From Squalus acanthias (lineage: Eukaryota), in the NCBI GenBank assembly GCA_030390025.1, contig CM059433.1:20586001-20650000 (forward strand): a stretch of DNA of 64,000 nucleotides, read 5' to 3'. A model generated the notes under the pieces. The model ran no database searches. It worked only from the letters and a program-made list of their open reading frames with translations, and had not been told where the DNA came from. The translations under genes were made by a program, and so were the position numbers. Position 1 is the first letter of the stretch; every line of letters starts with the position of its first letter. Below, in pieces: positions 1-12,800 of this stretch.

Positions 1-1191
1 CTTTGGCAGTCTGATTGTTTGGTTGTCAGTGCAGCATCCCTTCCAAATGCCTGATCGTGCCGTCAAGCTCAGACATGTGCAGGTCTTCAAAAGAAAACAC
101 TGTTTGCCTTTTCAATTAAGGGTGCAGAGTAACATTGTAAACCCAATTTACTCAGAATAAAGGAATATTTTTGATTGCAATTGGATTATTTTTGCTGGGA
201 GAGAGAGAGTGAGAGAGAAATATGACTTTTAAAGGTGCCTTATGTGATATAATCATAACTGTTCATGTAAGTATTCACTTTGATTACTGCAGTGTCATTT
301 TTATGGACTCTGTATTGAAAACAAGACCTTTTATTCTTTTGTAGAACTGCTGTCATTTTGTTCTGACTAAAGATTTGCATAACAAAACCTCAGCCTTATG
401 ATAAGTAGGGGATTTGGAAGACAAAGTGCTATGTCACTTAGTTACTGATTTAAAAAAATCCAGACTACAGTTTGCAATCAAAGACTGGGAGCTCTTTGCT
501 AGGGGGTGTCTGCTGATTTATAGCACAATTTCACAATCAGCAGTGCTTTTTAGTAACTGGCATCTTACTTTTGACGCCATCATATTACCATATTTTATAT
601 TTGTATAATCTTTATACAAGCTATTGTTAAACATCAACAACACACCCAAAGTGTGGGCCTTGGTTGAAATGTGCCTCAAATCAGCCAGTATAGGAGTTAC
701 TATAAATCATCACAACTTCTAGCTTCGTGGATGTCCATAGTTTAATTTAAACTTCACTAGTCCTTTAATGGAGCATGACATCAGAATATTATTAAATGTG
801 TAGCATGAGAAGACAGACTTGGTGACATTTTGACCCCTATTTAATGTCCTGTCAGATTTAATAAGCTACCAATGCTGAGCCAAAGAATTCACAATTGTTG
901 TGTATTCTCAGTGTAGTGTTCGGCCAGCATGATTTATGATGTTTCTGTGGGAACATTTCATTTGCATTTTTAGAAATGCATTTTCTCCCAATACCGCACA
1001 ATGGTATTGAGTTTTTACTGACTTTTTTACACAACTTAGAGTAATTAACAGAGCTTTTTTGAATAGTAGCTTAATTGTTGAACTTTATATGTATCATAAG
1101 TGTGAAAGATTTGGTCTTATGAAGTGAGAGTGTATTAGAAATTAGTTATTTTGGCATCTAACAATAAATAAGAAACCATGTTTAAAAAAAA

Positions 1192-1722
1192 ATGTATTTG
1201 TTCACAGGATGTGGGCGTCGCTGGCAAGGCCAGGATTTATTGCCCATCCCTAGTTGCCCTTGAGAAGGTGGTGGTGAGCTGCCTTCTTGAACCACTGCAG
1301 TCCGTGTGGTGAAGGTACTCCCACAGTGCTGTTAGGTAGGGAGTTCCACGATTTTGACCCAGCGACGATGAAGGAACAGCGATATATTTCCAAGTCAGGA
1401 TAGTGTGTGACTTGGAGGTGATGGTGTTCCCATGTGCCTGCTGCCCTTGTCCTTCTAGGTGGAAGAGGTTGCGGGTTTGGGAGGTGCTGCCGAAGAAGCC
1501 TTGGCGAGTTGCTGCAGTGCATCTTGTAGATGGTACACACTGCCGCCACGGTACGCCAGTGGTGGAGAGAGTGAATGTTTAAGGTGGTGGATGGGGTGCC
1601 AATCAAGCGGGCTGCTTTGTCCTGGATGGTGTCGAACTTCTTGAGTGTTGTTGGAGCTGCACTCATCCAGGCAAGTGGAGAGTATTCCATCACACTCCTG
1701 ACTTGTGCCTTGTAGATGGTAC
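1192..1722 (-). mobile_element. CR1-group LINE (family B), 5'-truncated 3' fragment
   Basis: ORF2 C-terminus YKAQVRSVMEYS...WNSLPN...KGN*, followed by 3'UTR GGGATGGGCAATAAA; near-identical to copies at 6533 and 61368. Confidence 0.9.
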
Positions 1723-1727
1723 ATATA

Positions 1728-2452
1728 GGGCTGGATTTTGCCAATGGGGAGCTTTTGGAGGTGGGACTCCCACTTGTCGGGTTTTAGTCCTGCCTCCATC
1801 GACTTCTGGCCAACCCACGCTATTTTCCCTTGATTGACCTTGTTAAGCCCGCCCAGCGGGCTTAGCAGGCCAATTAAGGGGAAGTCGGTTACAGAGAACA
1901 TCAGTGTATGATGTTTCATCTGTCAAAAGATTTTGACAGATGAATTGTCATCGTTTGATAGCTCTGTGAAGCTGTCAAACACTGACATTCTCTGTAGTTT
2001 GATGAGTTCTTGTATTCAAGACTCATCAAACCTCTTTCTTTAGCAGAAATTAGATGGTTGTTGCATTGGAGAATGCAGCAGCCATCTGTCATCTCTGCTG
2101 CGGAGATGCGAGACTCTCCGCATACCCAACTGTTGAAGCCTGCAGGAAGAAACAAAAGTAAGTAAACTTTTTCTAACACTTTCCACTTACCTCATATACT
2201 CACCTCTCCACACTTGCACCCATCACTTACCTTCACAGCGCACTTTTGCACCCCTCTGACAGGCAGTTAAGTGGCTGTAAACCCCTTCCCGCCTCCAGGA
2301 GACGGAACCCAGCGCGGGTCGGCTACCCGCCTCCTGGGAAGATGTCACGGAGGCGGGTTGGGGGCGGGATGGGCACCCGCCCCCAGATTCTGCCATTTTC
2401 CTGGCAGTCCCGCCTCCAAACCCGCCTCCCCAGGGCTGGCAAGATCGCGCCC
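1728..2452. mobile_element. Harbinger-type non-autonomous DNA transposon
   Basis: Imperfect TIRs GGGCTGGATTTTGCC / GGCAAGATCGCGCCC; subterminal similarity to 13163 and 58658 elements. Confidence 0.7.
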
Positions 2453-2662
2453 TTTAAGTTCAACAATTAAGCTACTATTCAAAAAAGCTCTGTGAATTAC
2501 TCTAAGTTGTGTAAAAAAATAATCAGTAAAAACTCAATACCATTGTCAGGTATTGGGATGGGCTACGAAATACATGTGCTTAATAAAAGCATTTGAAGAT
2601 AGTGGCAGGCATTCATACTTTGCTGGTTGCCACTCTCAGATTGACTCTGCATACAATCTCTT

Positions 2663-5200
2663 TCATGAAGGATGAAGCAGAAAAAGGGGTGTATGACAAA
2701 TGTCAGCTTGATAATACAAAGGAGAATCAGGCTGAATATAAAAAGTACAGAGGAGAAGTGAAAAAGGAAATAAAAGGAGCAAAAAGACAGTACAAGAATA
2801 GATTGGCGGCTAACATAAAAGGGAATTGAAAAGTCGTCTATAGGCATATAGACAATAAAATGATTGTCAGAGAAGCGGTGGGGCCTGAGGAAGAGAGTGT
2901 TTGAAGACCAGGACCTCAAACCCGGCACTAAGCTCGTGGTCCACAGAGCAGCAGTGATACCCGCCCTGCTGTATGCCTCAGAGACATGGACCATGTACAG
3001 CAGGCACCTCAAAGCACTGGAGAGGTACTACCAATGCTGCCAGTGTTCTCGCTCAGGCCAACATCCCCAGCATCAAAGCTTTGACCACGCTCAATCAGCT
3101 CCGATGAACGGGTCACATCGTCCGCATGCCCGATACGAGACTCCCAAAACAAGCGCTCTTTTCGGAACTCCGACACGGCAAGAGAGCCCCAGGTGGTCAG
3201 AAGAAACGCTTCAAGGACACCCTCAAAGCCTCCTTGAAAAAGTGCAACATCCCCACTGACACCTGGGAATCCCTAGCCCAGGACCGCACAAAGTGGAGGA
3301 GAAGCATCCGGGAAGGCGCCGAACACCTCGAGTCTCTTCACCGGGAGCAAGAGGAAGCCAAGCGCAAGGAGCGCACGTCAACCCAAGCACCCCACCCACC
3401 CGCCCCTTCAACCACCGTCTGCCCCACCTGTGACAGAGACTGTAGGTCCCGCATTGGACTCATCAGTCACCTGAGAACTCATTTTTAATGTGGAAGCAAG
3501 TCATCCTCGGTTCCGAGGGACTCCCTAAGAAGAAGGGGCCGATTAGGGACCAAAATGGAAATCTATTGGTGGAGGCAGAAGGCATGGTTGAGATACTTTG
3601 CATCGGTGTTTACCAAGGAAGAGGACTTTGCCAAAGCTACGGTAAATGAGGAAGTTGTCGGGTTCCTGGATGAGATAAAAATAGATAAAGAGAAGGTACT
3701 AGAAAGGCTGAAGGAAGTAAGGGTAGAAATTGTGGAGGTGCTGGCCACAATCTTCGCATTCTCCTTAGATACAGAGATAGCACCAGAGAACTGGAGGATT
3801 AAAAATGTTACGCCCTTTTTCCAAATAGGGGAGAAGGATAAACCTGGCAATTACAGGTCAGGCAGTTTAATGTCAGTGATGAGGAAGCTTTTAGAAACAA
3901 TAATCTGTGAGAAAATTAACAGCTACTTGGACAAGCATGGACGAATAAATGAGAACCAGTTAACAGCAAATTGTGTTTGACTAACTTGATTAAGTTTTTG
4001 TTGAGTTAACAGAGAGGGTGGATGAGGGCAGTGCAGTTGATGTGTATATGGACTTTCAAAAGTCATTTGATAAAGTACCACATATTAGGTTTGTTAGTAA
4101 AATTGAAGCCCATGGGATAAAAGGGGCAGTGGCAGCATGGATACAAAATGGCTAAGGGATAGAAAAAAAAGGGTTGTGTTGAATGGCTGTTTTTCAGACT
4201 GGAGGGAGGTATAAAGTGGTGTTCCCCAGGATTCAGTACTAGGACCACTGCTGTTTTTGATACACATTAATGACTTGGACTTGGGGGTACAGGGCTCAAT
4301 TTCAGAAGACACAAAACTTGGAAATGTAGTAAACAGTAAGGAAGATAGTAATAGACTACAAGAGGACATAGACAGGCAGGTGGAATGGGTGGACACATGG
4401 CAGATGAAATTCAATGCAGAAAATTGTGAGATGATACATTTTGGTAGGAAGAATGAGGAGAGACAATACATGGTAAATGATACAATTTTAAAGGGAGTGC
4501 AAGGAGAGAGCCGGGGGTATTTGTGCACAAATCTTTGAAGGTGGCAGGACTGGTTAACAAAGCAGTTAATAAAGCATATGGGATCCTGGGCTTTTAAATA
4601 GAGGCATAGAGCACAAAAGCCAGGAAGTTATGCTAAACCTATATAGAACACTAGTTCGGCCCCAGCTGGAATATTGTGTCCAATTCTGGGCACCACACTT
4701 TAGGAAGGACATGAAGGCTTTGGAGAGGGTGCAGAAGAGATTTACTAGAATGGTTCCAGGGATGAGGGATTACAGTTAAGTGGATAGACTGGAGAAGCTG
4801 GGGTCTTTCTCCTTAGCGCAGAGAAGGCTGAGAGGAGATTTGATAGAGGTGTTTAAAATCATGAAGGATTTAGACAGAGTAAATAAAGAGAAACTGTTTC
4901 CAATGGCTGAAATATCAATAACCAGAGGGCACAGATTTAAGGTGATTGGCAAAAGAACCAGAGGCGACATGAGGAAAAACTTTTTAATGCAACGACTGGT
5001 TAGGATTTGGAATGCACTGCCTGATAGGGTGGTCGATACAGATTCAATAGTAGCCTTCAGAAGGGAATTGTATGAGTACTTGGAAGCGAAAAAATTGCAG
5101 GGCTATGGGAAAAGATGAACTGGATTGCTCTTTGAAAGAGCCAGCGCAGACTCAATGGGCCGAATGGCCTCCTTCTGTGCTGTGCAATGATTCTATGATT
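2663..5200 (+). mobile_element. CR1 LINE ORF2 relic with 3' tail, interrupted by RTE
   Basis: YFASVFTKEE, DKPGNYR, WQMKFNAENC, WNALP motifs; TTCTATGA tail. Confidence 0.92.
2886..3534 (+). mobile_element. RTE-clade LINE 3' fragment nested in CR1
   Basis: LLYASETWT, MPDTRLPKQ..FSEL, C-terminal CPTC..SRIGLISHLRTH zinc finger, (AAG)n tail; GGGGCC duplicated at 2880-2885 and 3535-3540. Confidence 0.9.
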
Positions 5201-5444
5201 TAGATATTGTGTTGCAGTGTTTGATCTTATGCTAGTTGATGTTGAATGTGACTTGAAGAGAATTTGTGGAGAGTTCATATCTAACAGGAACGAGCTGAAG
5301 ATTAATTTTTTTGCAGTAGAAACTTAAGCAGCTGACAAGGAAATTGAATGTTCCTACCACCTCTCTTGACCAGAATCAAGCTCCAACTTTGGAGGTTAGA
5401 TGTCACAGTCCAACGGACACTGATCCCTGGGTACATTATGTATG

Positions 5445-6530
5445 GTAGACTGATGAACAAGGTCAGAGAATGCGGAGTCAGGGGACAAGTAGCAGAATGG
5501 ATAGCTAGATTCAAGACAGAAAGCAGAGAGTAGGGGTAAAGTGTAGCTATTCACAGTGGCAGAAGGTGGGTAATGGTGTTCCACAAGGATCAATGCAGGG
5601 ACCACTGTTGTTCACAATTTATAATAACGATTTAGACTTTGGAATCAAAAACACAATTTCTAAATTTGCGGATGACACCAAATTGTTGGGGGGGTTGTCA
5701 ATACTGAAGAGGACTGCAACAAATTACAGGAGGACATTAAAAAACTTGCTGAATGGGCATATAATTGGCAAGTGAAGTTCAACACAGATAAATGTGAAGT
5801 ATTACATTTTGGTAGGAAGAATAGGGAGGCCACTTATTACTTGGAGGGTGCGAGTCTAGGCGGGGTAGAGGAACAAAGGGATCTCGGAGTACAAATACAC
5901 AAATCACTAGTTAGCAAGGCCATTAAAAAAAAGCAAACCAAGCACTTGGGTTTATTTCTAAAGGTATAGAATTGAAAAGTAGGGAAGTTATGCTAAACCT
6001 GCGTACAGTTCTGGTCGCCATATTATAAAAAGGATATAGAGGCACTGGAGAGGGCGCAGAGAAGATTTACAAGGATGATACCAGAAATGCGAGGGTATAC
6101 ATATCAGGAAAGGATGAACAGGCTGGGTCTCTTTTCTCTTGCAATAGAAGGCTGAGGGGTGACCTAATAGAGGTCTTTAAAATTATGAAAGGTTTTGATA
6201 GAGTCAATACAGAGAGTGTTTCCACTTGTGGGGAAGAGCATAACTAGAGGCCATCAATATAAGATAGTCACCCAGAAATCCAATAGGGAATTCAGAAGAA
6301 ACTTCTTTACCCAAAGAGTGGTGAGAATGTGGAACTCGCTACCACAGGGAGTGGTTGAAGCGAAAAGTACGGATGTATTTAAGGGGAGGCTAGACAAGCG
6401 TATGAGGGAGAAGGGAACAGAGGGTTATGCTGATAGAATTAGATGAGGAAAGATTGGAAGAGGATCGAGTGGAGCATAAACGCCGGCATGGACTGCTTGG
6501 GCCGAATGGCCTGTTTCTGTGCCGTATATA
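5445..6530 (+). mobile_element. CR1 LINE 3' fragment (RT to 3'UTR)
   Basis: GVPQGS, KFADDTK, RRNFFTQRVVRMWNSLP. Confidence 0.92.
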
Positions 6531-7279
6531 TATTTTTAAAATTTGTTTTCATGGGATGTGGGCGTTGCTGACAAGGCCAGCATTTATTGTCAATCCCTAA
6601 TTGCCCTTGAGAAGGTGGTGGTGAGCTGCCTTCTTGAACCGCTGCAGTCCGTGTGGTGAAGGTGCTCCCACAGTGCTGTTAGGTAGAGAGTTCCAGGATT
6701 TTGACCCAGCGACGATGAAGGATCGCCGATATACTTCTAAGTCAAGATGGTGTGTGACTTGGAGGTGGTGGTGTTCCCATGTGCCTGCTGCCCTTGTCTT
6801 TCTAGGTGGAAGAGGTCGCGGGTTTGGGAGGTGCTGCCAAAGAAGCCTTGGCGAGTTGCTGCAGTGCATCTTGTAGATGCTACACACTGCAGCCACGGTA
6901 TGCTGGTGGTAGAGGGAGAGAATGCTTAAAGTGGTGGCTGGGGTGCCAATCAAGCGGGCTGCTTTGTCTTGGATGGTGTCGAGCTTCTTGAGTGTTGTTG
7001 GAGCTGCACTCATCCAGGCAAGTGGAGAGTATTCCATCACACTCCTTACTTGTGCCTTGTGGATGATGGAAAGGCTTTGGGGAGTCAGGAGGTGAGACAT
7101 TCTCCACAAAATACCTAGCCTCTGACCTGCTCTTGTTGCCACAGTATTTATGTGGCTGGTCCAGTTAAGTTTCTGTTCAATGGTGACCCCCCAGGATGTG
7201 GATGTTGGTGGGGGATTCGGCGATGGTAATACCGTTGAATGTTATGGGGCGGTGGTTAGACTCTCGCTTGTTGGAGATA

Positions 7280-7521
7280 TGCAGCCAGCAGGTGGTTTGA
7301 CACGTTGGACCCCCTGGGACACATCTCATTGTCTTGGCTGTGCTCTTAGTGTGTCTTTGATGTAGGGAAATATTTGAATAGATTTTGTCTGTGTTTAAAT
7401 TGTGAATTATGGGAGATTCTCTCACTGCTAACTTACCTGAGGAAGGAGCGACAGCTCCGAAAGCTTGTAAAATTAAATAAATCTGTTGGACTATAACCTG
7501 GTGTTGTGCGACTTCTCATTT
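7280..7521 (+). mobile_element. Penelope-like element terminal (pLTR) fragment inserted in LINE
   Basis: Absent from sister LINE copy (62101-62125); flanked by ~12-bp duplication TTGTTGGA(G/A)ATA at 7268-7279 and 7522-7533; carries hammerhead motif then AATAAA. Confidence 0.75.
7433..7470 (+). ncRNA. Minimal type I hammerhead ribozyme
   Basis: TTAC-CTGAGGA-A-GGAGC-GACA-GCTCC-GAAA-GC-TT-GTAA: core CUGANGA/GAAA, 5-bp stem II, stem I TTAC/GTAA, palindromic AAGCTT stem III. Confidence 0.75.
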
Positions 7522-9560
7522 TTGTTGGAAATAGTCATTGTCTGGCAATTCTGTGGTGTGAATGTTACCTGCCACTTATCAGCCCAAGCCTGAACGTCGT
7601 CCAGGTCTTGTTGCATGTGGGCATGGACTGCTTCACTATCTGAGGAGTTGTGAATGGCGCTGAACACGGTGCAGTCATCAGCGAACATCCCATTTCTGAC
7701 CTTATGTTGGAAGGAAGGTCATTGATGAAGGAGTTGAAGATGGTTGGGCCTAGGACACTGCCCTGAGGAACTCCTGCAGCGATGTCCTGGGGCTGTGCTA
7801 ATTGACCTTCAACCATCTTCCTTGTGCTAGATATGACTCCAGCCAGTGGAGAGTTTTCCCCCCGATTCCCATTGACTTCAGTTTTACTGGGGCTCCTTGA
7901 TGCCACACTCAGTTAAATGCTGCCTTGATGTCAAGGTCAGTCACTCTCACCTCACCTCTGGAATTTAGCTCCTTTGTCCATGTTTGGACCAAAGTTGTAA
8001 TGAGGTACGGGAGCCGAGTGGTCTTGGCGGAACCCAAACTGGGCATTAGTGAGTAAGTGCCGCTTGATAGCACTGTTGATGACACCTTCCATCACTTTGC
8101 TGATGAGGTGGGGCTAGTTCTGGAGCACAAGTCTTCAGTACGTTAGCTGGGATGTTTTCGGGGCACATAGCCTTTGCTGCATCCAGTGTGCTCAGCCGTT
8201 TCTTGAATTCACGTGGAGTGAATCGAATTGGCTGAAGACAGGTTTCTGTGATGGTGGGGACCTCAGGAGTAGGCTGATATGGACCATCCACTCGGCACTT
8301 CTGGCTGAAGATGGTTGCAAACTCTTCAGCCTTGTCTTTTGCACTCTCGTGCTGGGCTCCACCATCATTGAGGATGGGATATTCATGGAGCCTCCTCCCG
8401 TTAGTTGTTTAATGGTCCACCACCATTCACGACTGGATGTGGCAGGACTGCAGAGCTTTGATCTGATCCGTTGATTGTGGGATCGCTTACGCTTAGCCCT
8501 GTCTATAGCAAGCTGCTTCCGCTTTTTAGCATGAATGAAGTCCTGTGTTGCAGCTTCCCCAGTTTGGCACCTCATTTTTAGGTATGCCTGGTGCTGCTCC
8601 TGGCATGCTTTTCTGCACTCCTTATTGAACCAGGGTTCGTCCCCTGGCTTGATGATCATGGTAGAGTGAGGGATATACCGGGCCATGAGATTACAGATTG
8701 TGGTGGAATACAATTCTGCTGCTGCCCCACAGCGCCTCATGGATGCCCAGTTTTGAGCTGCTAGATCTGTTCTGAATCTATCCCATTTAGCACGGTCGTA
8801 GTGCCACACAACACGATGGAGGGTGTCCTCAGTGTGAAGACGGGACTTTGTCTCCACAATGACTGCTACCAATACTGTCATGGACAGATGCCTCTGCAAT
8901 AGGTAGATTGGTGAGGACGAGGTCAAGTCGGTTTTTCCCCTCATGTTGATTCTCTCACCAGCTGTCGCAGGCCCAGACTAGCAGCTATGTCCTTCAGGAC
9001 TCGGCCAGTAGTGGTGCTACCGAGCCACTCTTGGTGATGGACATTGAAGTCCCCCACCCAGAGTACATTCTGTGCCCTTGCTACTCTCAGTGCTTCTTCC
9101 AAGTGGTGTTCAACATGGAGGAGTACTGATTCATCAGCTGAGGGAGGGCGGTAGGTGGTAATCAGCAGGATGTTTCTTGTCCATGCTTGACCTGAAGCCA
9201 TGAGACTTCGTGGAGTCTGGCGTCAATGTTGAGGACCACTCCTTCCCGACTGTATACCACTGTGCTGCCACCCCTGGTGGGTCTGTCGTGCCGGTGGGAC
9301 AGAACATACCCAGGGATGGTGATGGAGGAACTTGGGACATTGGCTGGAAGGTATGGTTCTGTGAGTATGACTATGTCAGGCTGTTGCTTGACTAGTCTGT
9401 GGGACAGCTCTTCCCATTTTGGCACAAGTCCCCAGATGTTGGTGAGGAGGACTTTGCAGGGTTGACTGGGCTGGGTGTGCCGTTGCCGTGTCCGTAGCTG
9501 GTGCCGAGGTCGATGCCGAGTGGTCCGTCCGGTTTCGTTCTTATTATTGTGTTTCGTAGC

Positions 9561-9840
9561 AGAGTGGCTTGCTAGGCCATTTCAGAGGGCAGTTAAGAGT
9601 CAAAGACATTGCTGTGGGTCTGGAGTAAGGACAGCAGATTTCCTTCCCTAAAGGACATTAGTGAACCAGATGGGTTTTTACGACAATCCGATAGTTATAC
9701 TAGCTTTATATTTAATTAATGATTTATTTAATTAACTGAATTTAAATTTCCCAGCTGGGATTTGAACTCACGTCGATGGATTAGTAGTACAGGTCTCTGG
9801 ATTACTAGCCCACTGACATTACCACTATGTTACCGTTCCC
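9561..9840 (-). mobile_element. tRNA-derived head (A/B box) plus MetaSINE-like core, fused to LINE 5' end
   Basis: Minus strand: A-box TAACATAGTGG (9822-9832), B-box GAGTTCAAATCC (9758-9769), core CATCTGGTTCACTAATGTCCTTTAGGGAAGGAAATCTGC; no SINE 3' tail at the junction. Confidence 0.8.
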
Positions 9841-12800
9841 AATGTATCCTATGTCGTTAGCTTACGGAGATGCACCAATTCAATGCCAAGGACAATACAG
9901 ACCAAACAAGCTACAGCAGTATTCCTAGAACACGTTAAAGGTTCTATAGAAACAGAAGTTGGTGTTGATGAGAAAAGAGCTAGTTTTATCAAGTAAATTT
10001 GGAGAGTCAGTGCACAGAGAATTGTCAGTCTCCTGTGAACCAAGCTATTGAAGCACTAAATGTAAATGTGTCAAAAGACTAGCTGTTGGGTGACCCATCA
10101 GCTGTCTTTCTTGCTGAAAACATTTGTTCCCTGCTTAATTTCTCTGGGGTTGAAATTCCCATGGGCCCATTTTGCTGGCCAAAGAGCGGAGGAGCATGGA
10201 CCCATAGCTGCCCAACATGAAGGCCACTGAGCTTGTCCAAAATTGCGGGATGGGTTCATTAGCATAGTTGGGGTTGGCGCATCGGCCTTTAAGAGCATAT
10301 CAATGCCATTTGTCCTGACTGAGGACCGTCGCAGTAAACACGGAAGTGCATCACAGGAACAGAGGGGGCCCAACTCTGCATTTCCACAGGAGGATTGCTT
10401 ACTTGCTCTGTCTGGCATTCTGGGGCCTTTACTGGGTTCTGAATGGAACCTATGACTGCTCTCAGACACAACAGCACCTACGCCTGCTATCAGGAGGTCC
10501 TTTGGGCAGAATTTCCTGTGGAATCCCGAGAACTTCCTCCGCTACAATACTGCCTGTCCATGATTCATTTTTCTATCCATTTGGCTGTTTCCTTGGGGTT
10601 GGTTCATAGTTGCAGTTTCCCGTACAATAACTTCCCGGTTTGAGCAGGCTCTGAAGAAGAAGACATCAGGCAGAAACTGCACAATGGCCTGCAGACAAGT
10701 AGGGATCACCTGTTAGCAGATTACCCAAGGAAGCTGTTACAGACGCATGAGAGCAGCTCATCTGTCACGACGCTAAATCGCCTGCCAGCTGAGGAGACAA
10801 AAAGGGAGAAGGGAGAAAATAAATTAAATGAAAACGATTTACATCCACCAGTAATGGCTTTAAGCATATAAGAACTAAACATGGCATTTACATTCTTCTA
10901 CAAATCAATGATGGGAAAAATAAAAGATTGCAACGTCCTGAAGCATTCAACAATACCGAACAGGAGAAAAGCACTGAAATCGTTCACAACAGTGCATTAC
11001 AGTACATACTGATTCACTCCAGCGTAAATTGTTACAAAAATGTACTCTGTAGTGAAGCAATATGGAATAACAGGTCCCGGGAGTAATGTTTAAGGATGTA
11101 ATTCAGATTGTGCCATGAACTGTGAATATCATTTGACCTCTCCCCCCACTCCACTCCATATCGGATTAAAAGGATTGTCAGTGTGAAGTACAGATCCCTG
11201 TTCTGTTGTGTCCCACAGAGTTCCATCTAGGATATACTCCTATCATTGAGTAATTCTTAGTTCAAAGGCTCTTCTACAGATCAACATTTCATCCAAGTTG
11301 AAAGTGGGTAGGCTGTAATGATGTCACTCAGGGGGATTCCTGTGAAATGTGTCTACCAGCCACCATTGATTACCGGCCAGTTATTCTCTTTACAGGAATC
11401 GATCAGGAGCTGTATTTTTCTTTTTAATACTGTCCCAACTGAGTTACACCATCAACATAGCAGCTTAACTGGTGCATGTGATAAATTGCTTTTAAACCAC
11501 TTGTTTTTCGTGCAGGAACTTATACAGCACAGTGCAATAATTGTGCAAACGCTGCAGGATCTATTCAACCAATCTACTGAATAATAGTTAGAATATAAGA
11601 ACATAAGGAATAGGATCAGGAGTAGGCCATTTGGCCCTTTGAGCCTGCTCTGCCATTCAATATGATCATGGCTGATCTTCTACCTCAACGTCACCTTCCC
11701 GCACTATCCCCATATCCCTTGGTTCCCTTAGTATCCAAAAATCTATCGATCTCTGTCTTGAATATACTCAACAATTGAGCATCCACAGCCCTCTGGGGTA
11801 GAGAATTCCAAAGATTCACTACCCTTTGAGTGAAAAAATTTCTCCTCATCTCAGTCCTAAATGGCCGACCCCTTATTCTAAGACTGTGCCCCCTCGTTCT
11901 AGAGTCTTCAGCCAGGGGAAACACCCTCCCAGCATCTACCCTGTCAAGCCCCTTAAGAATTTTGCATGTTTCAATGAGATCACCTCTTATTCTTCTAAAC
12001 TCTAGGGAATATAGGCCTAGTCTACTCAATCTCTCCTCAGAGGACAATCCCCTCATCCCAGGAATCAGTCTAGTGAACCTTTGTTGCACTCCCTCTAAGG
12101 CAAATATATCCTTCCTTAGGTAAGGAGACTAAAACTGTACACAGTACTCATCTGAATACCAACATTTTCTAATCTCTCACCACTTTAAAATTATTCTGCG
12201 CTTCTCTTTTTCCTACCAAAGTGGATAACTTCACATTTCTCCACATTATATTCCATCTGCCATGTTCTTGCCCACTCAGCTAACCGGTCTATATCCCTTT
12301 GCAGCCTCTTTGCGTCCTCCTCAAAACTTACTTTCCCACCTAGCTTTGTATTGTCTGCAAATTTGGATTCGTTACACTCGGTCCCCTCGTCTAACTCATG
12401 GCTATAGATTGTAAATAGCTGAGGCCTGAGCACTGATCCTTGCGGTACCCCACTAGTTACAACCTGCTGACCCGAAAATGACCCATTTATTCCTACTCTC
12501 TGTTTTCTCTGTCCGTTAACCAATCCTCAATCAATGCTAATATATTACCCCCAATCCCATGGGCCCTAATTTTGTATAATACTGTAACCTCTTGTGTAGC
12601 ACCTTATCGAATGCTTTTTGAAAATCCAAATACACTACATCCACTGATTCCCCTTATCTACCCTGCTAGTTATAATCTCAAAAAACTCTTAACAGATTTG
12701 TCAAACATGATTTCCCTTTCATAAATCCGTGTTGACTCTGCCCAATCATATTATGATTTTCCAAATGCCTTGTTACCACGTCCCTAATAATAGATTCTAG

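Larger units (their letters stand above)
6533..9560 (-). mobile_element. CR1-group LINE (family B), near-complete degenerate EN-RT ORF2, no ORF1
   Basis: APE motifs (LTNIWGL, DIVILTE, YRPP, GDFN), RT motifs ([14 protein letters not shown]), C-terminus and 3'UTR; several frameshifts and deletions. Confidence 0.9.

Noticed and set aside
10443..10871. ORF with in-frame TGA followed by ~75 open codons (selenoprotein or readthrough?)
   Set aside because: No recognisable protein or SECIS; 5' part overlaps a probable degenerate MITE (~10146-10520)
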